From Lama guanicoe (taxonomy: Eukaryota), in NCBI GenBank assembly GCA_013239625.1, contig MU054187.1:23996433-24060432 (forward strand): a DNA stretch of 64,000 nt, in the 5' to 3' direction. The position numbers and the translations under genes are program-made. How positions within the stretch are numbered: position 1 is the stretch's first letter; every line of letters begins with the position of its first letter. Positions 13,448 to 27,252 of this stretch are shown piece after piece. Below the pieces are notes generated by a model. It saw nothing but the letters and a program-made list of their open reading frames with translations, did not search any database and was not told the origin of the DNA.

Positions 13448-14585
13448 TGTTACTGAACTCAGGTTTAGCTGCTTTCCACCTGAAATGCTAATAATCAAGA
13501 GACAAGCTTTAGGAGGGACAGAAAGTTTGCTTTATCAGGAGGCTGGCAACCTGGGGAGAAGTTGAATTCGTATCTCAGAACCAAATCCAAAGATTCTGCT
13601 CAGCTATGAACATTTTTAAAGGGAAAAGGGGGAAGTAATTTCAGTTAATCATTGAGGTAAGGGGTCACCATGTCCCCATTACGTGCAGACTTGTTGACTC
13701 CTTGTAATCTTTCCCTAAAGTTACCTTATTCACACAGTTTGCTCATAAGAATACTGAAGAGGGGTTGGAAGGAAATATTTAGTCATCCATTAATTACTTA
13801 GTATTTATTTGTATTTTTTGATCTAAGGAAAGAATCAGCAGGTGAGACAAGTTATTGTGCAATCAAAAGATTTGAAAGATGTGCTTGGACCAGAGATGAG
13901 TAGAGCACTAGGTTTCCTGGTTTAAATGCTAGTTACAGTGTGGATTTCCCAAAGTGACAAGACAAAAGAGCCTCCTGCTGAGAGATGCTTCCTGCAAAGA
14001 GCTATTTCCCACAAAGAGGTGCTTACAAATCCCCACTGTCAGACATCATTCCATTTCTGTGGGATTATGGGCAAAGGTCCATTTTCTATAACTTCTTCAT
14101 GCTGACAGAGGGTGCTGTATTCTTAGTATGGAAGATGTTGACATGGGTCTGAAGCACGGCTTTGCTGACAATTTTTTGTTCCCTGTTTACACAAGTGGGC
14201 AGAACAAGCCACAATGACGCTGATGCTCACAAAGATACAGAATGAGCAATAGTGTTAATCCCATTCTCCTGGGAATTAATCCAAGTTTTAGCCATAGACT
14301 AGCCATAGACTCAATCAGTGCTCAAGATGCAGCAGCTTAAGTCTGCAGTTTGGTCAACATGCAGTTAGCGTCTTCCTTCTGGTGGCAGTTGAAGTTATAA
14401 AACAACTCAGGAATGTGCATCAGAAACATTCTGTGACTATTGTCCTAATCATTAACCACTTGAACCTCCTCTTTTGTGACAGAAGGAGGCCTGGGAGACA
14501 TCGGCTTTTCTACAAACAAGAGGCAGGGGACAGGGAGGGACCTTTGTATTGGGGAGTTCAGGGTTCTGCTCAGGGTTCTGTTTCA
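13448..14585 (-). mobile_element. ERV1-class LTR, long type
   Basis: Starts TGTTACTGAAC and ends TTTCA. Its terminal parts resemble the LTRs at 55861 and 57872 (e.g. shared TAAAACAACTCAGGAA...TGTGC.TCAGA). It appears to interrupt the tail of the old L1 that follows. TSD unclear. Confidence 0.68.
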
Positions 14586-14589
14586 AAAT

Positions 14590-15420
14590 AACATATATAT
14601 ATAAAAGAATGCTCAGAGCATAATTTGGTGAATTTTTACAAGTCTAGTGCATCCATGTAAATAGCACCCAAATCAAAGAAACTAGACCCCACCCTCACCC
14701 AGCAGCCCCGCTCGGAACTCCAAACCAGTCACAACCCGCTAAAAGGAACCAACCACTATCTTGAATTGTGACACCATATATTAGTTATGGTCATTTTTTT
14801 AAACTTTATACAAATGGAATCTTATAGTATGCATTGTTTTGTGATCAACTTCTTCCTTTCAACATTAAGTTTGTAATGTTCAACCACGTTATTGTGGTAT
14901 GTAAGTGTAATTTTTTCATCCTTTATTGCTGTGCAACATTAAATTGCACAAATATATCAAAACACATTCATCCAGTCTACTTTTAGTTGCCATTTGTGTA
15001 GTTTAAAATAGTGGACTATTATTAATAGTGCTGCCCTGAGCATCTAAGGGTATGTCTTTTCTTAGACATCTGAATGAAGTACATTTCTGGGAGGCATATA
15101 CACAAGAGAGGAATTGCTGGGTCATGGTCTTCGTATATGTTCACCTTCAGGAGATGTTGCCAATAGTTTTCCAAGTGGCGATACCAATTTACACTCCTCA
15201 TCAACTGTGTATAAAAATTCAGGTTGTTAAGCAGTTGGTTCTGTCTTGTCATTGTTGTTGTCAGCCATTCTGGAGGATGTTAAAGATTCACACTGTGTTT
15301 GCTAGATGACGATTGCTTTTGAGTGTCTTTTAAAATATTTGTTGGTCCCTTGGTTATCCTGTATTCTCAGGTTCCTAGTCCGGTCGTATACTCATTTTTC
15401 TTTTAAGCTGTCTTTAAAAG
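14590..15420 (-). mobile_element. Old L1M (L1MD/ME-like) 3' fragment
   Basis: Reverse L1 3' motifs (TATACAAATGGAATCTTATAGTATG; GGAATTGCTGGGTCATGG). Minus ORF 15022-15252 contains the ORF2 remnant HDPAIPLL. Confidence 0.7.
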
Positions 15421-18400
15421 TTTTGAAATTATTATTATTATCGTTATTATTATTATTATTTTATAATGTTTTACCTTTGTTAAATACAGAACCACACAGT
15501 TAAGAAATAAATAATTCTGTTACAATAAAAGACATTACAAGAGAAAACATAAGCTTCCTGCATTTTTATCTCATTTTTCTCTATCTCAGAAGTGACCACT
15601 TTCAACTCTTTGGCAGTCATTACTGGCATTTAAAACTGTATTTCTAAACAACATCCTAGTACAGTGGCATTTCTTCTCAATCTTTGTAGCTTCCTAGTGC
15701 TATTCTTTTAAAGAATATTTATTTTCTGAAATGTCAAAATAAGTTTTCAGGATAAGAGTTGAGAACAGGTGCTTGTTCACCATCTGGACACAGTCCTCAC
15801 TTTTATATCTCTGACTGCACTTTCACTGCAAGTATTTAAGTTTATATTTATGTGTGTGTGTGTGTCTGGTCTCTTAGCTCAGTCAGTGGAAGCTTGGCCT
15901 AGGAATGTCGAGTATATATGCATCATCCTTTTACAGATGCATTTACTTCACTGCAATTTATTTTCATAAAAGTACATATGATGACGGTTTTGATACAATT
16001 TATATTAATTACAAAAAACATAATATTCACTTATGTAAATATAAAGTTGTGTTTATTTGTACAGGCATAGACTAACCCCTACATATGTCATATACTTCCT
16101 ATTACAGCAAACTATATGATCAAAACTTATTATATTTAATTATCATGTCATGCTTTATTTATGCTGTCCTATTCTATAATTGAGTAAGTATATATTGCTA
16201 TTAGTTATAGTACTGTCATGTTTACTAATCTCAATATCAATTATGTCAACTTCTTGAATAGTAGGAAACTTATTGAATATTAGGGAATATTTTATTTTAT
16301 TTTAAAAGCCAGTGTATATCAGAGTAGAATGTAATAAATTATCAAGAATATTAATTAAATATGTTATGTAACCAAAAAGCATTCATATGATCAGAAAAAT
16401 ATTGATGTGATGTTATCATGAAAACACAACTAAATATGAATCAAACATACAAGAAACACTTAGAAATAATGAGTCTATTATTAATTTTTTGACATTTTAT
16501 CAAGGTCTTACTAAGCTAGATGTATTTTACAAATGTAATCAGGTTGGATTTTATCTTAGCTATTGGACTTTCCCTAAAATATAATGTTTAGTGTCCTTTG
16601 TTCTTTGTTTAAATTAATAATATTATAGGTCAGAGACACTAGGAAAACATTAAAAAAAAAGAAAAGTTGATTCAAGTATAGCATTTTAAAAAAATGTTGA
16701 ATTCTCTTGTTTCTAGAATGTTCAGTTTGTCTAGTTTTCTGATCTTAACGGATATAAACTGATATTATCATCCTCAAAAGTTTGTAATTCTTCAGAGAAT
16801 AGCTCTCAAACTGCTGCCTCAAACTGAAACTGCACAGGTTAGATATATAGCCATTAATAACCTTGTAAAGCCACCAAGGAATGGTAACTGCTCCTCTCCA
16901 CCTCTTCTTACCCTCTTCTCTTAGCTCCTTGTCTGCATTTCTAACAACCAAGTCCACTTCACCACCGTGTCCTAACCGTGATTGACCCCACGAAGCTGAC
17001 TGTTAGCAAAGACAGGGGCAAAACTGTTCAAAGAGACATCCATTTCTGGCAAAATTTTTAATACTTTCAAAATAGGAGCTGATCGTCCATAAAGTCATTG
17101 AACCCTGGGATATATGGCAGGGATGAATCCAAAATGCCTGTATATTCAGGGCAGCTTTCTGGACAAGGTTGGCCCTTGTTTGATTTTGCAAATTTACCTA
17201 AAAATTCCAGTTAATGAGTCACAAGAATATGGTTAAAGACACAAAGTATCAACTGATACATTTAAAACATAAATTGTATTACCAGCACAGGGATCATTAT
17301 CATGAAACTGTTTATACAAGAAGAGGTAGTGGAGCCAAGGTGATCTGTCCCTTCTAAAGGACAATTCTTAAATTATTATGCAGGAAAATTCCCAGTATTT
17401 CCACAATGTTTTCCCTATAGACCTATGGTTCTGTATGACAACCAGGGAAATAGATTCTTGCTATTTCTGAAACACCAAATTGCAATAAAATATACATAGC
17501 TTTAAAAATCATTTTATATGGTTCCTGAAATTCACTACATATCTCCAAATAATCAATGCTCAATTTTTTGATGTCTTATCATTTATGATTTTCTCTTGAA
17601 GCTATGAAAGCTTCAAATGGAAGAATACAACACTCTATTGTGGACAAAACCTGATATTTTATTTCACTTGACTTTTAAAATAAAGGTTTACTTGTATGTG
17701 ATTAAGATTACACTAAAAATATTAGACAATGTAATTTGTTAAAACTGTGTTCCTACTATAACATCTAATAAATTTTTAATGATATTCTGAAATATTTAGA
17801 TATCTGTGCTCCATATTTTTTATTGCTTGACAATCCTAAATTTATTAATTTCTTATGTAGGCAAATTGAAAGCATTAAAATTATAATTAAAATATTGATT
17901 TTAAAACATGTCACACTTAACAAATTATTTGTGAATTATTTATCAACATGAAATGGCTGCCTATAGAATTTTTTCATCACACAAAAATATTTTATAATAT
18001 ACACAGTTTTTTGAAAAACGGAATCATACATATTTTTATTTTAAATGGGAGGCAAAGAAGTAGACTTCTTTTATGTAGTCACAATATAAATTGTATTACA
18101 CATTGTAAATTATACAAATGGTGAATTATTGAAAGCATTAATATTATTACTGATATTTTTAATGATACAATTTTTCAGGAAAGGTTGAATTGAGAACTTG
18201 GGAAGTATTATATTTCATTTTGCCCTTGAAGAACTAAAAATACATTATAAGCCGTTACTTTTTTTTTTTCTATTTTCCCTTCCCATATCAATTTCCTCTT
18301 GATGGATTGAGTCAATTCAAGAAGCAAATTATTTGACTCAGGTAATCTACACTTTGCCTCCAAAGCAGAAATCATTGCTTCTAGATCTTCAGACTATTCT

Positions 18401-20374
18401 TTCCTTTTTTGTATTTATGGCAGATAATATAGAGAAAGAGAAGGCAAAATAAGAAAATAAAACAGAAGTTGTGTGTGCAGATATCTGTAGAAGAATTAAT
18501 AAGTATCTTAGGATGCAGTTTTTTTTTTCATTTTCATATGAAAAGATGTAAATGGTTTTTACTACATTAGGGATTTGAAAGTTGACATGCAGTGCCAATA
18601 ATCCAGTGAAGACTGGATGTTGGCATTCATTTTTGGATCTCAGAGGGGTCCTATAAACAGGTACCAAGTTCCACTTCAGATCTCCAAAATCCTTCACTCC
18701 TTACCTCGTCACAATTTTTGCAAAAGATTGAATGGAACATTAGAGACCTTCTAGAGAATTTGTAGTGGCCACTTTAAAGACACAAGTTGCTAGGAAGAAA
18801 ACTTATTGGACATGGTTTCTAACTGGAAATTCTTCTCTATACATGAAGATGCATCAGCTAAATTTTTCCAAAATAATGAACTAACATTGCTTATTTGTTT
18901 TATTTGATACATTTCTATACTGAAATAATCGATGACAGAAAAAGGAATTCCTGGGAGAGAAATCTATTCACTTCTTACCATATACTGTGGGTGCAGTGGC
19001 AGGGAGACAGCTTTTCTGTTCATTTTAAGATGAGTGATTTCTACCTATTAAATCAATAGCAGCTATTGAGCAAAAATTATTATTTGATTTCTGAGATAGT
19101 CCCGAAGTAGCTGCATCCAATACCCAGTCAAAAACAACTAGACCTACTACTGGTCAGATTCGCGCATCACAGTTAGAACGAAACCATAGAGCCAAATTAA
19201 TTGATGGTGGTATTACAGTAAGTGGTGTCATACAGAAATTTCGCATTACAAGGAAATGTAAAGGTGGTCTATGATGGTGAATTTTAACCTCTTGTGAGGG
19301 AAGAACTCATTTATCTACTTGAGAAAAAGCTCCTGAAATTAAATTAAAAAGTGAGTTGTTTGATTGTAGCATAGCTTGGTAGCCCAAAGCCCTGCCCCAC
19401 TCACAGGCCATGCCATCATGCACCTTTGGTGGTGAGCACTGAAGCTCATTCTAGAAGACAGGTCCATGGCTCTTCAAAGCCTAGTTTGAATATGTCAATA
19501 TCCCAGACATATTAATTTAAAAGATTTGAAGTTGGAAGCCTAGAAACTCTTATTAACAAACTTTCCCATTGACTCTGATGTCCAGTTTGAGAAGCACGCT
19601 ATAGTTGCTCTCCTTTTTGAAGTACAAACCCTTTCTATGTTTTTCTTAACACAATGTCTCCTGTCCTTAATTTGAATCTATAATAGACAACATTGCAAAG
19701 GATACTATTTCCTTATTAGACGCTAAAACTATTGGGGAGTTTATTCTTAGCATAGAGTCTATGTTTACCTCACTAATAATTTCCACTCATTAGCTTTAGT
19801 TTTGTCTTTAGAACCACTGAGCATGTTTTCTTAGTTTTTCACTTTCATTACAAGATAGATACGATGAAGCAGTAACATTCTAACTATAATGCTACAAAAC
19901 ACCCTCTCAGTACACACAGGTCATAATAACTGCAAACCTGTCTTTTCCAAATGCTTTGGTGTTTCAAGCCATCAAGAGAATCAAATAAGCTCAATGAGAC
20001 ACATGTATAAAATACCCTGCCGCAAAACAACTAGTCAGTAGCAAACACTCAATAAAATAGTTCCAGAAATGCTTCTTTTAAAGAATTTAAAAACTATTTT
20101 TCTCTCATCCAGCCACCTGTGATCTTGTTTCCTATGAATCCTGACCCTGGTATAACCTTGCTCTCTGCTCCATCACCACTCCCTCACCAGTAAGTGTGTG
20201 CTCATCTTATGGCTTTAACAGCATTTCATCCTTTAGTACAATGACTTGGCTACCAGTACTCTCTCCTATTGCCTGTGAGAACAAGAATACCCTTTACTAA
20301 TATCTGTACGGTTTTTGATGTCTAACATAGTTTCTGTTACATGTAATAGATGCTCAGGAAAAGTTAACTGGACA

Positions 20375-20960
20375 ATTTATTGAATGCCTACTCTATTCCA
20401 GACACTGTGCTAAATTCTGGACATCACAGGTCAACACAACAGACAAGGTACCAGACCATTTTGAGATGTGGACAATGACCTCGGCAGCTTCAGTAGAAGG
20501 TTTTCCTGAATCCAGTTAAAGTGCCCTGTGATTGAAAGTACAGAGGTTAGAGTGTATCACCGATCTAGAAAAGATTTCCTGGAAGACATTTTGTCTAACT
20601 GGGGACCTGAAGATATGTCGGAATTAAGACAAAAAGAACAGCCAATTATCTTTCAAACAAAGACTGGAAATGAGAAGTCCTGCCCATTAGGCAGGGAGCA
20701 TGGCATGTCTGGGACACATTAGGGTTTATCAGGGAGAGGGTGAATTTATTTTGAACACATGTGTTGGTGGTGCTTGTGGGAACGTGGAAGGAAGTGGCCG
20801 CTAGAAATTTGAATAGGGAATTATAAGGCTTCATTAGTTTCTGCTGGGTGGGACATAGCAGTTTAGCCATCAGCAGCACACAATGGCAATAAAGCTTTGA
20901 CATTATCTCAGAGAACTGAGGAAGATGAGAAAAGACTGTAGGACACAGGTCTGAGGGAAG
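20375..20960 (-). mobile_element. Degenerate L2 fragment
   Basis: ATTTATTGAATGCCTACTCTATTCCAGACACTGTGCTA is the reverse L2 3' end, followed by a purine-rich L2-like body. Confidence 0.5.
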
Positions 20961-22664
20961 AAAAAAGTATTCATGGGCAAATATTCAAGAAGTGAATAAA
21001 ACATTATACATATGTAAGTTTTACTCAGACTTTTATTTTATAATAAGATGCCCTTTGCTCAGAACTCTCTTTTTACCTACTTTTCCAACTGATCATATTC
21101 TTACTTCTTTTTACTAATACTTACATATTTTATTTGCTCTTTTTCAATTGTATTCATTTCAGTTATTTCCTGAGTATTTGTTTTAAATAGAACTTTCTCT
21201 TTCATGAGGAATTTATTATCAGTGTATTCAGATTGTGTTTAATGTTTTTGCCAGTTCTCCAACTCTTGTTGAAATAAAAGTAGAAATAATAAAAGCAAAC
21301 ACTATTAAATCATACACATAAAATTTGCCAGTAAAGCATAATAGTCTAAAATTATCATTATTGTCATTATTAATTTTTCCAGAACATCCAAAGGAAACAT
21401 AGACTAACTATACATACGGACAAAAACAATTTTGTAAACTGAATAGTAATAGAATTCCAAAACAGGAAAATTTCTATCTTAAGGTAATTTTGGAAGAGAT
21501 ATATGTCTAGTAATACTTCCCAGTGCCCATCATTATGCAATTCTAATAATTTGTGGAAATTTAATATATTTGGCAAGGAAGCAGAGGTTTTTTTTTTTTT
21601 CTTCCCTTAAGAATCCAATTTTCCAGTCACCTGTAATGATCTACAACTCTAAAAGCTGCCTGAACCTGCATGTTCCAGAGTTAAAATGATTTCCTAAACT
21701 CATGCTAATTCCCTTGAGATAATATACAGAGGAAATTAGCTTACCAGTCAGGGGAACAGTATAAATAAAGTAGGTCTGAGTTTTAGCAAGGCTTGTAACA
21801 GACCTTATCTTTGTGATAAAATGGAGAAATACAGACAGAACAGCATCACAGTTAACTGGATCTACAGGGAATAGAAGAAAAGTGCCCAAAGATAACTGTC
21901 TAATATTTGTTCTATTAGTAATAGACTAAATTAATAATTATTAAAATATCACATTTTTGTGTGTTTGCTATGTGTCATTTACTGTGCTAAGTGGTTTACA
22001 TGTATTACCTCATATAATGACACTGTGTATGAAAAATAGATTTTGGCCCACATGTGCCAAAAATGTCATGAGCTTGTCAAAACATGCAATAAAGAATTCA
22101 GCTGTAATAGTGAAATATCTGTTTGACAACAAAAGTCATTTCTAATCCCTGGAGAATGGGGGTTCAAACCTGAGTACCCTGATTTTAAGAGTTCTTTGAC
22201 AGGCTGGCCTCAGGAGTGATTTCAGTGATACGGGTATTCAAATCCATGTTGCGTGAAAAACAGGCAATGGCTGAAAAAACAGAATTATGTGCTCAGTTCT
22301 CTGGCAAGTATCCTGTGTTTTAAAAATCAGTTTACAGGACACATTGCTCCCCTCCCTGGGGGCCCATCCCACTGATGAACATTACAGACAAGTTCTTTCC
22401 TCTGAGACAAGCAGCATATGGATTGAAAACTTAATGAAAGCAGTGACAGAGCACTAACCAGCCGAGTGAGAGAAGGAACATGAAGAGGGCAGAGCGAAAG
22501 AGATGATGGTGCAGAGACCGGAGGCCAAGGTGAAGAAAGGAGCCTGGAGGAGAGAATGAGAAGAAAGCTGACAACAGAGAACACCTTTGTTGCCTATCCA
22601 TCTCCCTAGTGACAATACTTTCTGTCCCTGCCTAGCAACATTTTTTTGGAAAATATACTCATCA

Positions 22665-23560
22665 GTCATTTAGTCAACAGACAGTATGTGAGCACCAATC
22701 ACGTCTCATCTACTACTACTGCTCTAAGAGGAGCAGAAATACAACAGTGAACACAGATGAGAAAGTCCTTCCTCTCCTGCAGTGCCCGTGCTAGTGGAAA
22801 GATACACATTTGAAGTTGATGGGTCTGAGATACTTATTGTGGGCAGTGTCCAAAATATCTAATGACAGTAGGAGTGAAGGAAAGAGCTAGAGATAAAGCA
22901 ATTTCTAGGATATTGGCTTAAGTGCCTGGGTATGTGGCAGTGCCATGTCATAAGAAAGCGAAGGCTTAGAACTGAACAAGGATAGAAGGTGATCAAGCTT
23001 CAGGTTTGAGATGCAGACTACACTCCCAGGAGGAGATATGAATCAGTAGTTGGATGTATAAGTTTGGAATTAAGTGGGGTTTCCTAGACTGAAGAAACAT
23101 ATTTGAGAGTTCTTCACTTACAGATGGTTCTTATACGTTTAGATAGAGAAGGCAGTACAGGGCAGAATTCAGGGGCACTCCAAAGCTTGGAGGTCAAGCA
23201 CAAAATGAAATTTAAAAATTGCAGCCTGAGAATTGGAAGGAAAACTACAGGAGTCAAGGTTTCCAGCAAGAAAGAAAGAATGTTTCCTCAGGAAGAGAAT
23301 CATCAACTGTGTCAGAAGTTATTGAGAAGCAAAGAAGGAAATTAGAAAAGAAAAAAAAGAGAGAGAGAGAGAACGTTACTTCAGAAACATATGTCCTTGG
23401 CAATCTTTAGAGGGGCAATTTGTGGATTAATATGAATTAAATAGTCTGACTGGAGTGGGTTTTGAGGAGAAAATATGAGTACATACTCATCACAGATATT
23501 TCATCAAAAGCTTTATTTGAAAGTCAGAGAAATGGGCCACAGCTATATACACAAAGGTTG
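22665..23560 (-). mobile_element. Degenerate L2 fragment
   Basis: CATTTAGTCAACAGACAGTATGTGAGCACC 3'-end motif, plus internal L2-like motifs (GGAGATATGAATCAGTAGTTGGATGTATAAGTTTGGAATT). Confidence 0.55.
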
Positions 23561-26500
23561 CTGGTTTTCCCTTTTTTTCTATAAAGTCACTGAGACTAGG
23601 GTATATTTTGCACTTATGGACTGATGGGGACAATTCTGTAGAATGGGAGAAATTGATCTAGTAGATGAGGGTTACCAGCACGAGTGTGGTCCCTGTGAAG
23701 GACTGAAGAAGTAAGAGTTAGGAGTGAGGCACAGCAGACATGGCCAACGGCAGGCCTTGGACTGGAGCTGGGACACATCTTTGCAGAGGTGAGAGGAGGA
23801 ACGACACAAGAGGGCAACAGCTGGAAGTGTTCAAGGTCAAAGACTGCTGGAGCTTCTTTCTGTTTTAACGTGTGTTTGTTCCTTCATGGCTGTGGTCTTT
23901 CCCTCATGGCATAAGCTGGGAAGCCAAGCTCTGCGGAGCTGTGAGGGGACAGAATCTGGCTCAACTCAAATCCCTCAAATCAACCCCTTGAGGTGCTCTA
24001 AAGTGAACTCCCACAATTGGCCCTGTTTATCTGAGGATCATCAATGAGCAAGAGACAGATGTGTTATCCTAAATGGGCAACAAGGCAAAGAAAAGTCAAT
24101 GTTTAGAGTTTTAGTAGGGGGAAGGAGCAGATTAAAAGAAAAGACTTTACTATTTCATGCAAAAGAAGGATTTCTGAATGACAGTAGAAGACAAAACTAT
24201 AATTAATGGCTCTGAATTATAGGGAAAGAGATAAAAAATAATAAAGGGAAAGAGATACTAAGATGACTTAAAAATAAAACTTCAATATTGGCAGGTTATT
24301 AGTTTCAGGGGTCCAAAGTTATTTCAACTACGACTGGTCAACCTCATGGAAATGCATTCTACAGACAAGCTTTAGATGAGTGTTAGAGAAAACTGGAAAA
24401 GGGAACTTCTGGCCCCTTCCAGTTCTGAGATGCTTGAGATCCTGCTATAATATAATAGACACTGGATTCCAAAGGTCCAACCGCAGCAGGATAAAGAATG
24501 TTAATCATCAGAATTTACACATTAATGGGACTGTGTAAAACAAAGGATCTATAAATTATAACATTCTTTACAAAGGAAGCTATTGTTATTATTTAGAAAT
24601 TGCTTTTATATCTATTACCCCCTTTGACACATCAATTATGTGAATTTATATGGAAGTTACTTTTATCCTCAACTTTAACGTTTAAAAAATTAAAGCCAGA
24701 AAAACTTTTTTTTTCCCTCAAGTTCACAAATTTATCATTGTAAATCTAGGACCAGAATTGTAGTTTTTCATGACCTGATGTAAAGCAGTATTTGTATTGT
24801 TAGGCTACTAACATTTTGATAGAAGGAATCAAAACTTACTCATCTTTTTACCTCAAGAGCATAGCATTGTGTCTGGAATTGTTAGTGCAATTAATGTTGC
24901 TAAGATAATAAATACAGAATAAAGTGATAATGAGTTTTAACCTCTAAAATAATTTCTTTTTTGTAAATAAAAAGGGGAGTTAAACTACACAAAGACTGAA
25001 TTTTGCTATAGTTTTTCATCTACAATAGTTCCCTCCTGAACATACAAATTGTTGTATTTGGTTTACAATAACTGACTTTCATTTCCTCATGATGCAATTC
25101 ATTACAAGGCACAAGGGTGAATGACAGAATTTCCATTTTATTATCACAGTAAAAACTTCTGACTCTGCTTGTAAGTTCTTCAGAAAAAAGGGCTAAAGTC
25201 TGCCCACTGAATCCTCGTTGCCTGTCTTCTCTCCATCAGTACTGATCACTGCCCCCCAAAATGTTACATGAATCAAAAATAATGAATGGATAAACTTTAT
25301 GCAAGTACACATTGTATGCGTATAGATAGGTCTTGCTTTTAGAAAACTAACCTGCTCTACACATCCATGCATGTGTTATGATGTGACTGCCAAAATATCT
25401 GTGATGATTTTTTGTAACAAGAATTAAACTTCTAATGGAAGTTTTAAAACATTCAATTAATAAAAGTTGAGTTCTGAATATGAGTTTAGTAACACACATG
25501 TAGCATATGCAATACAGTACATATATTTTTTTATCCTGCCACAAATAATTATTGAATGTTTCCTAAATGGCAGCACTCTCATAAACCCTGATGACATAAC
25601 AGTGAGCAAGATAAACAAAATTTCTCCTCTCTTAGAGTTCATATTCTTCTAGAAGAAGACAATTTCCAAGAAAGACAGGTAACTTCAGTGAGTGTGACTT
25701 GGAACACCTGGATCTACTCTTCCTTTTAACATTTTACAATCTCAGTTTCCTCATCAGGAAAATAAGATTGGACCAAATGATCTATTAGATTCCATCTAGA
25801 TTCATTGTTTAATAATTCTAACTACACAATAAAGTAGGATTTTAAAAAATAGTACAATGTACTGTTGATGTTTAGGCCAAAAAAAAAAAAAAAGTGAGCA
25901 GAAGATGTGCCTGGATTCCCCCTTCTGATGTTTGATTTTAGTTTTTTGTATATCCCTAAAAAGAGGATCTAGGGTTCTCTATCAATTTACTTGAAAAAAT
26001 ATACACAAAATATAATCATATTATTCATTTAAATCCTCTTCATTTGTATCTCTTGTTACTTAAGTAATTTAGGTTGTAAATTCAAATTTATTGATTTCCT
26101 TTTTTTTCCCCTTTAACAGAGCTCTTAGAAACCCAAAAATGATTTATCTCCTCACAGCATAAATATTTCCATATTCAAGATGTATTGCCACAGAAGGGTA
26201 AAAAAGAAAAATCAATAGAGCAATTCCTGTTTAGTGAAATTTCTTAATAATAAACATTACCTGTTTTTAAATGTATGATATTGACAGTCATTAACAAAAG
26301 CTTTACTACAGAAGTGTTATCATTCTCTTTGAGGACTGACACATTCTTATTTAAGGAGAGCATTTTAGGACTTAATTGTATCTAATTTTATCATAAGCAC
26401 ATCATGTTATCTTTCTGAATATGCTGTTGGCCTATGGAGGAAAGGGTAAGAGAAAAAAATCAGTAAGATTGAATATTCTAGAAATCATCTGCACTTTTTA

Positions 26501-27026
26501 GCAGATATTCATAATGAGGAAAAAGTACTGTGAGTAAGAAGCCAAATAGTATTAGGTAAAAGTGGGATTAACAGAAGAAATTATAAGACACTAAATCCAA
26601 GGAATCATTGTTTCTGGAATATGATAATGAACATATCAGAGAGATACAGTTGCCAAAGAGAACAGTCAGGTTTACTGCCTTCACTTTTTTTTCCTACCCA
26701 GAACCAGGGAGCTATATCAAGTTGTTCCTGTAGAAGCTATGGGATGTCACAGTTAGAGCAGACCAGCAATTACATCAACGCTGGGCTGATTATGGAACAG
26801 CCTTGAGCCCTTCATAAGATAACAGATTTCTGTACCGTATTGTCTTGCAGTTATGATTTTATATGCCAGGTATGGAAATCAAACATCTAAAATAGACTGA
26901 AGAATTTCCTTTGATGATGCAAACACACCCATGGTATAGACCATGGGTACATTTGAAATCCTGAGGTGAAATGGAAATAAACTCCAATGCCTCTTGGAAT
27001 TAAATTAGCCTATAATTTTCTTGAAA

Positions 27027-27252
27027 CAGTGTTTCTCATCCTTTTTGTCCATTATCACTCCCTTAAGGAGCCTTCTGAAACATTGTTTTTCCTAATTGCC
27101 CCATCTCCATGAGACTTAATACCAAAAACTATAAATCTATTTATGACCACTAATGTATATCTATGTTTTATACATTAAAATGGGGGAGGGTTCCTGCTTA
27201 AGAACTAATTTTTGCATTTTTGAGGGGCACTGTTGTCCAGTTGATAACACAT
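27027..27252. mobile_element. hAT-Charlie-type non-autonomous DNA transposon fossil
   Basis: Begins CAGTGTTTCTCA and ends TTGATAACAC (imperfect TIRs), ~225 bp. Exact family not identified. Confidence 0.5.

Noticed and set aside
26927..26948. Hairpin ACCCATGGT-ATAG-ACCATGGGT
   Set aside because: 9-bp arms in isolation are within chance expectation, with no supporting context.
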